NCBI RefSeq assembly: GCF_001194135.2
Contig: NC_068988.1
Location: 17,023,777-17,082,519, forward strand
Direction of reading: 5' to 3'
DNA length: 58,743 bases
Origin: Octopus bimaculoides
Lineage: Eukaryota
This document shows, one piece after another, positions 50,976-58,743 of this stretch (the stretch's first letter is position 1; every line of letters begins with the position of its first letter). The translations under genes were made by a program, and so were the position numbers. The notes under the pieces are model-generated. The model saw only the letters and a list, made by a program, of their open reading frames with translations. It was not told the origin of the DNA and did no database searches.

Positions 50976-52290
50976 GAGGCAAAAGGCCTGAAATATTAGT
51001 AGGATTAAAAAAAGATGAATAGCAAAGTTTACCGTGTGGAAATTTGAAATTAGAATGTGAATGCCGTAAGTAATGCCATTAATTGGGACCGGTGTAGTAA
51101 ACTGCTGTTAAATATTGCTGTACATGTAAGCAATGCTAACGCACGGAACAAATGTGAGCAGTGTGGTTTCAGCGTCTTTCGTATACCTCGAAAATGCAAG
51201 ACTGCTGACGTATTTCTAGATTTTATTTCTCTACGCTCGCTTATGTAATGTTTGAAAATCAGTCGGGGCGTTTCTCGACTTCAAAGTAAATATTCACCGT
51301 CATTAGGTTTTCATTTAATCTTTGTGGACACCCAAATTTTACCCCGATAACGTCGAAGATTCTCACCATTGTTATTTCTCTCTTATTTCTTGATGTGCCA
51401 CTCGTTTCATTGTGAACTGATAGGAATCTGTATGCAGCTGAAAACCTTCTAGATTGCAATCTCCTGATATTAGTGTTGGACAGGCCGAATTCCGTGTGAG
51501 GGAAAACTTATAGTAAAAGCATGCTACATATACGGCTACTGCAACAGTTCACCCTCTAAAATTCTTCGGAAGTCACAGACCATGGCAGAAAACAAGAACC
51601 ATTAGTGCATGGCGTGTACATTTACTACAGATTGCATAATGCGGATGCAATATCGTAGCAGACAAATCATTCCACATGAAAGGAACGGCAGATGGAAACT
51701 GATAGAGCTATAACACTAACGTAATGTAGATTTTTTGTAAATCATATACGAATACAGAGAAAGTTTAGTGGTCGTTTTGTGGCCGAACAGATTCGAGGTG
51801 TATGTGCTTAAATGACACTTAATTTCAGTCTTCTTTATACCTGAAGTTGTTTCTGTCAATGTGATGCTATATTAGCAGATGTATTGCCATATATTTGCGG
51901 ACAGGGAGTTTAAGTAAATGTGGGAAAATTAGCTACAGGTGATAGTCTATAGTAAATTTGAAAGCTCATCGCGATTTAACAAGTGAAATACTCTCAATAT
52001 TTCTTTCTCTTCCTCTTCACATTTAAACGTTGCTGAATTCCGTCGGAATTCATCATTTCATCCAGCAGTTGGTCTCATCTATTACCTACGAGGACATTCC
52101 TACTTTCTTCGTAACGTCCTTTTGCTCACAAATTCTTATAAAGCATAAATATATTCACATACACAGGTGTTTATATATATAGATATTTACGTACATATGT
52201 ATATTTCCCCACATATAGATATTTATATACGTACACTACAACACGTACTCACGCATACATGCACACATACACACACACACACACACACAA

Positions 52291-52521
52291 GGCGGCGAGC
52301 TGGGAGAAACGTTAGCACGCCGGGCAAAATGCTTAGCGGTATTTCGTCTGCCGCTACGTTCTGAGTTCAAATTCCGCCGAGGTCGACTTTGCCTTTCATC
52401 CTTTCGGGGTCGATTAAATAAGTACCAGTTACGCACTGGGGTCGATATAATTGACTTAATCTGTTTGTCTGTCTTCGTCTGTCCCCTCTGTGTGTAGCCC
52501 CTTGTGGGTAGTAAAGAAATA
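52291..52521 (+). mobile_element. Best-preserved SINE family A copy, inserted within (CA)n
   Basis: GGCGGCGAGCTGG head, B-box GAGTTCAAATTCC, core GACTTTGCCTTTCATCCTTTCGGGGTCGATTAAATAAGTACCAG, tail TGTGGGTAGTAAAGAAATA, with (CA)n on both sides. Confidence 0.92.
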
Positions 52522-53577
52522 ACACACACACACACGCTCACACGCAGGCACTAGCACACAAACGCACACCTATAGATATGCATGATTTTATAATTCAATA
52601 CTCGATCAAAACTATGTTTTGAACATGGAGCAATACTACTCCTTAGCTTTACAATATTACATAATCATATATCCAAAATATGACGTAAATTCTTTATAAC
52701 AGCTTATTGGTAAATTCCTTTCATTTGGTTCAATCAATTTATCAATTTAAACCATTTCCATGTTACTATCTCTATATCCATTTTAACTTCCTTGTATATC
52801 GCTTTTCCCGTCTTCTATCAATATACTGTCTTAACTCTTATATTTTGTATGCATGTGCATTTAGATTTATTTTAGTATTTGTTTCTAATTATATTTTAGC
52901 TTACGATATTTCTTTTCAAATAAGTTTCTTTTTATGGGTGGCTTGTCAAACATGTATTGGAATTAACTTGGCGTGTCGACGCTAAATCACTGACGTCTAG
53001 TTGGCTGCCATATTGAAATCTGTCACGATTAGAAAGCCATTTGATGCAAACGTTCTCATGAGGAAATATTAAAATGATTTCATCAAACGCAATGGACCAA
53101 TAAACACAATGAATGAAACTTGTTTGTTTAAATGCTTTTATATGAATATNNNNNNNNNNNNNNNNNNNNNNNNNNNNNNNNNNNNNNNNNNNNNNNNNNN
53201 NNNNNNNNNNNNNNNNNNNNNNNNNNNNNNNNNNNNNNNNNNNNNNNNNNNNNNNNNNNNNNNNNNNNNNNNNNNNNNNNNNNNNNNNNNNNNNNNNNNN
53301 NNNNNNNNNNNNNNNNNNNNNNNNNNNNNNNNNNNNNNNNNNNNNNNNNNNNNNNNNNNNNNNNNNNNNNNNNNNNNNNNNNNNNNNNNNNNNNNNNNNN
53401 NNNNNNNNNNNNNNNNNNNNNNNNNNNNNNNNNNNNNNNNNNNNNNNNNNNNNNNNNNNNNNNNNNNNNNNNNNNNNNNNNNNNNNNNNNNNNNNNNNNN
53501 NNNNNNNNNNNNNNNNNNNNNNNNNNNNNNNNNNNNNNNNNNNNNNNNNNNNNNNNNNNNNNNNNNNNNNNNNNNNN

Positions 53578-53630
<53 letters not shown>

Positions 53631-54718
53631 GTACAAATGCATGCAGATGTGTACATAGAGACACACGCACAATCCCACGCAATGATGCACACATAGATAA
53701 GCATGGTTTTCTTTTCATCAGAGATAACTTCATCATCATTGTAAGAACTAATCCATCACATGCATATCATATAATATTTAGGGTGTATATCAGATACAGT
53801 AATGAAGAAACCTAATTCATAAATATATTGAATTATTCAAATATTTATGATTCATAAAATTATTATCAATATATATGATTTATTGATTTGTATTAAAGGA
53901 CAAGTTATAGAAATATTCTGCCGTTGTTGTTTTGGGTTTTGAAATTTCTAATGGGGGAATATACTTCTTCTTATAATTATAATGTTTTATTTATTTTTCA
54001 AAACTTCATTGAGTAATGGCACAGAAATAAATGCATAATATATATTAAAAATTTTGTATTAAACATAAAAGTCAATTTCAAAGACCTCTTTTATCAATTG
54101 TAGATTTTTAAAAGAAATACAAGATGGCGTATATGAATGTATGGTATTTTAGGCATTATGCTCAGAAAAAAATAAGAAAAAAATAATATAAGAATCGTTA
54201 ATGTCTTGACGGATCGATAATTTGAAATATTCATGCCCATTTCTATATTTTAGAAAATAAACACTGTTATAATATTATGCTCATAACTGAAAATTGAATT
54301 GCTATAATTCTTCAAGGAGAGCCTAAAGAATATCTTGGGTAAAGCGCGTACACTAATGTATTTCTTAGCCTTCGTCTGTTGCCATTAGCGTTCTTTCCTG
54401 CATTATATAATATTGTTTCTAATCATGTGCGACATATTCCACCGAGATATAATAGACAGTCACTCCACCTGTGCGAATAGTAATACGTTTTCTATTGTAC
54501 ATATGTTTTTAACAAATGAATTTAGAGAAACACCGTTTTATTCAGAAAATAGAACATCAATGGAGAGCGCATTCCTTTATACTGCCATAAAGACATTCTT
54601 TGATGTGAGAAACGAGGTACGTTTGGATGTATCTCTACAAAATAGATGGATAGGTAGGAAACGCGTATAAAGAATTATAAACATTTTCCAACACAGATCT
54701 TACATTTCACTTATTCAC

Positions 54719-54942
54719 ACCGAACAAATCTACCCTAGGAATTATTTTCTTATGCTTAATACTTATTCTATAGCTGTATTTTGCCGAACTGCTAATTTAC
54801 GTGAATAAGCGATGTCAAGCGATGGTGGGAGACATACTACATAAATATACCTACCTCCCCCTATATATATATNNNNNNNNNNNNNNNNNNNNNNNNNNNN
54901 NNNNNNNNNNNNNNNNNNNNNNNNNNNNNNNNNNNNNNNNNN

Positions 54943-54993
<51 letters not shown>

Positions 54994-55093
54994 TGTATGT
55001 GATAATAGATGACAGTTGCCAAGGTGCCACATGGTAGTGCTGAACAGGGAAGCATGTGGCTCCTAAGCAAGTTTCCTACCACCCAGTCACCCC
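54719..55093 (-). mobile_element. SINE family B copy spanning an N-gap
   Basis: Reverse complement: GGGTGACTGGGTGGTAGGAAACTTGC...GTGGCACCTTGGCAACTGTCATCTA head, internal (CA)n, ATCGCTTGAC...GTTCGGCAAAATACAGCTATAGAATAAGTA body. Confidence 0.7.
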
Positions 55094-55603
55094 TGTGACT
55101 ATGAGTACATATTTAAAGATATAGGGGGAATCCCCACGGCATTAGAAGTATTTACAAGTCATAATATCTTCCGTTGTTAACTGCTCGATTTCCCGTACAC
55201 CTTTTGAGTACTCTTCAAAATAAGTCAACTATTTTTGCACATATGAGTATCAGGTGGCATCTCTAATCATGACACACGACATTGAATTTCAATCATCAGT
55301 TAGGTTATCAAATGACTTTTTTGTTTTTGCGGGTAACTAAATAAAATTGAGTTATTTTAATATCGATTGGTTTTCAATATTTAATCTATGTTTGTGAGTA
55401 ATAACAAATATTATTGATAATTGATGTATTCTTTATTCTATGCAAACATAGTTGATTTATTTTCAAGAGTATGCAAAATGTGTACAGGAAATCGAACGGT
55501 TAACAAAGGAAAGCGCTATGACTTGTAAACTCTCGTAATGCTTTAGTACTGTATGCCGTGGGCACTTCCCCATCGATTCTTTAAGTATGTACTCATAGTA
55601 ATA

Positions 55604-55665
55604 GGGGCGACTGAGTGGTAAGAAACTTGCTCATCAACCACATGCTTATGGGTTCACGCCCACTA
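55604..55665 (+). mobile_element. SINE family B head fragment
   Basis: GGGCGACTGAGTGGTAAGAAACTTGCTCATCAACCACATGCTTATGGGTTCA is similar to the heads at 55093 (-) and 57122 (+). Confidence 0.5.
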
Positions 55666-56222
55666 TCATATTATATTTTTCTTGAGTGTTGTCGCTCCCG
55701 TCGTACCGTATATTCTTATTTCAAAAATCGTTTTCTATCTTCAAAGTATTACTTTATGTTTGTGCATGTGGCTATATGTGTCTTTGCTTCAGTCTTTTAC
55801 CATTTGCGTTTGTTTCTATCTTTCTTCATATAAAACCTTTCCCACTCTTCACAAATCTTTCACCCAGTGCAGCAAACTCTCACTCTTTTTCGTATTTATG
55901 CTTCTTCTATAACCATTATTATTAAAGTACGCAGATGAGAGGATATGTATAGATGTATTTTATTATTTGTTTATTCATTAAATTTGGTCCCTAAGCAGTG
56001 TTTAACTACATTGTATGATATTTCATTAATATTTTTTTTTTCCTATATTCGCTCATTCGTTTTTATATCATTCATATTCTGATATTTATTTTTATTCTTA
56101 ATGCTTTGGTTAAGTACAATAAGGACACCTTGGAAATATTCTATGAATAGAATTTTTTTTCTTTTCTATTCTGGTAGTTGTTGTTCACAAATGTTCCTTT
56201 TAAACATTTATCGATCCTTTCT

Positions 56223-56372
<150 letters not shown>

Positions 56373-57121
56373 CAGTGTAGTGTGAATAAGTTAATTTGTA
56401 CACGTACATAGAAATATGCATACATAAATTGGTACACATAAATCCATATATTCGTTTATAATGTTTACATTTACATTTACACGCATATGAGTGTGCGTGT
56501 GTGCGTTACATACAATATTAAAGAGATGGCTGATGATTTCCATGCTATGCAAGAAGTGAAGTAATTTAACATTTACTATATTTACCTCTTAAAATAACAG
56601 TGCACTTCATCTTATTTTCGATATTCTATAACCCAGTATATAATTACCTGTAATGTACGTGAGGGTTTCAAGAAAACTAACACTGTATTTTGTCTATCAT
56701 AATTAGTAATATTAAAATAATTTTACGTCGTCTTTACAGTCGAAATCTCATTCGGTTCATAACTAACTAACTGAAATGAAAGTGTTTCAAGCAAATATGG
56801 AAACCACATGACAACATGACTTTCGGGTTTTAAGGATTTATTCTGTTGCTGTAGTGCATATATTAATATTACTGTTTATCTATACACCCTTCTGTCTATC
56901 TATTTATCTAGCAAGTTAGGTAAGTAGATAGGTATGTAGGTATGTATGTGTGTATTATGAAGGTAGGTAGGTAGGTTGGCAGATTTGGCAGGTAGGTAGG
57001 TAGCAAGCAAGATAGGTACATAAGTAGATAGATAGATAGATAGATAGATAGGTAGATAGATAGATAGATAGATAGATAGAATGTTGAGAGTTTCTTAATA
57101 TTTATGTCAAACGATTAGATT

Positions 57122-57251
57122 GGGCGTATCTGCATGGTAACAAGCTTCCTTCCCAACTGCGTGGTTCCAGGCTCAGTCTCACTGCGTGGCATATTGGGCA
57201 GGTGTCTTCTACTATAACCTTGGGATAACCAAAACCTTGTGAAAAGCCTGT

Positions 57252-57328
<77 letters not shown>

Positions 57329-57533
57329 GGGTATTTGGCCCCCTGCCTTGACAATCTATGGTAGTGCATTCATGTCTCCGTAACCAAGCGGTTAGACAAA
57401 GGAGTGTGATAAAATAAGAACTAGCCTTACACAGAATAATTTTCAGGGTCGATTTTTTTCGACTAAAATCCTTTCAGGTGGTGCCCCAGCATGGCCGCAG
57501 TAAAATGACTGAAACAAGTAAAAGAATAAAAGA
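57122..57533 (+). mobile_element. Near full-length SINE family B with internal (CA)n(TA)n
   Basis: tRNA-like head (TGGTAACAAGCTTCC...GGCTCAGTCTCACTGCGTGGC), CORE-like TTGGGCAGGTGTCTTCTACTATA, internal microsatellite, and tail CCCCAGCATGGCCGCAGTAAAATGACTGAAACAAGTAAAAGAATAAAAGA. Confidence 0.85.
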
Positions 57534-58743
57534 TTAGATCTTTGATCACTTCCACACATTTGTGGATCACGAATGCTGTTTTAAACAGAACAATTTCATA
57601 GATGTATTTCCTATGTTTCAATATATAAACAAAATATTCAAACAAGTTAACCATCTCTTCTCTGCTATGAAATGTGGTTGCTTTTATTAAAATCTCTAAG
57701 TCTACACACGAGGGTCCTGTGATTAACTTCCTGAGTATTTACAAACTATTATTATTATTATTAACATTGAGATAATGATCCTCCCAAGGCATATAATGAT
57801 TTGTTTCAATAGAGAATTTCACATGTGCGTTTGTGCTCCTGTATGTGTGCATGTATAATTTTAATTCATTCACTGCTTCAATATTTGCTCAATTTAATTT
57901 TTTTGTGTTATCTACATTCATAAATCCACTGGGATATCTTGGCTGCTATAACACTATTTACTTAGAATTCTTCAAACAACATTCATCTTTTAGTTTTGTT
58001 GTATCCCCATGTTACATAGATAAATAGATGCTCCTATGATACGCGTAGTTCTTTTGTAATGTTTCTGATATCTTTACATATGTGAATATATATTTTATAA
58101 GCTTTATTGTGGGTTTCTTTTATGATTAATTTCTGACATCTATACTTTCAGTTTTTCACTAGTTTATTGTTCCAATGAAAACCATTCGATTAGTTCGGCA
58201 TAGCGTTGTTTTTCATTAAACATTATCTAGACTTGATTGCTATCTTCCTTTAAATGATAGAGAATCATCATTTTTTAAGCTTTCTTTTTAACTAAGACTG
58301 ATGAGATATTTTTCAACAAATTCTTTGGCTTATTTCCTTTATATAGGTTTCTACTGATAATGGATTTCATATAGCTCTTTCCTCCTCTCCTACTTAAAAC
58401 CAATCTTCGTTGAATGACCGTATAAGAAAATCATTCTTATATATTTATTTCAATTATGTTTTGTGTTAAAGCTATAAAGAGACCTTGTAGGTAAATAGAA
58501 ATCGCTTGATACATACATTCATTCATACATACATACACACACATACATACATACACACATACAAACAGACAGACATATCTTCAGCTGATGATGAGAACAC
58601 TCGTTTGATATGTTTCATTGTGAATTTATATCTTCGTCTCTTTATTGTGTGTTGTCCTTCATTCTTTTAAAGTGGAATGTGATTGTGGATATATATTTAT
58701 CCATCTATCTATATATATATAGTATGTATGTATATATATATAT

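Noticed and set aside
52034-52052. TGAATTCCG-T-CGGAATTCA inverted repeat
   Set aside because: Short, isolated and compatible with chance.
13431-54000. Long ORFs of 190-335 aa in the track (e.g. 17904-18864, 27916-28937, 52932-53815)
   Set aside because: They are translations of N-runs and (TA)n/(CA)n repeats, with no coding evidence.
54719-55665. Divergent SINE B heads about 510 bp apart as another head-to-head pair
   Set aside because: Unrelated spacer sequence separates them and the family is abundant, so independent insertions are more likely.
58575-58640. CTGATGA-T-GAGAACACTC hammerhead-like start
   Set aside because: No GAAA follows stem II, and stems I and III do not form.

Overview
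AT-rich, microsatellite-dense eukaryotic DNA from a short-read assembly. It has 13 N-gaps: 3263-3468, 4515-4618, 7463-7633, 10617-10644, 13509-14004, 16858-17036, 17974-18741, 20720-20786, 22875-22954, 24624-24640, 28191-28838, 53150-53577 and 54873-54942; most abut (TA)n. The SINE families and repeat style suggest an octopus genome (inference from recognition, not a database search). I cannot support any host gene, and nearly all long ORFs in the track are translated microsatellites or N-runs. The window is mostly decayed mobile elements: three R4/Dong-type REL-endonuclease LINE pieces, a CR1-group LINE 3' part with an internal inversion, a maT-like (DD37D) Tc1/mariner transposase, an RTE fragment, Penelope-like element (PLE) remnants of two types, and several tRNA-derived SINE families (my labels A-D) that mix heads, cores and tails. 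Most interesting: (i) a tRNA-headed SINE carrying a minimal type I hammerhead ribozyme fold, arranged as a head-to-head inverted pair, with one arm interrupted by a Dong LINE inside its (AAT)n tract; (ii) a head-to-head pair of PLE GIY-YIG regions with an in-frame poly-Asn microsatellite linker; (iii) a solo hammerhead fold with a 49-nt insert in stem II.
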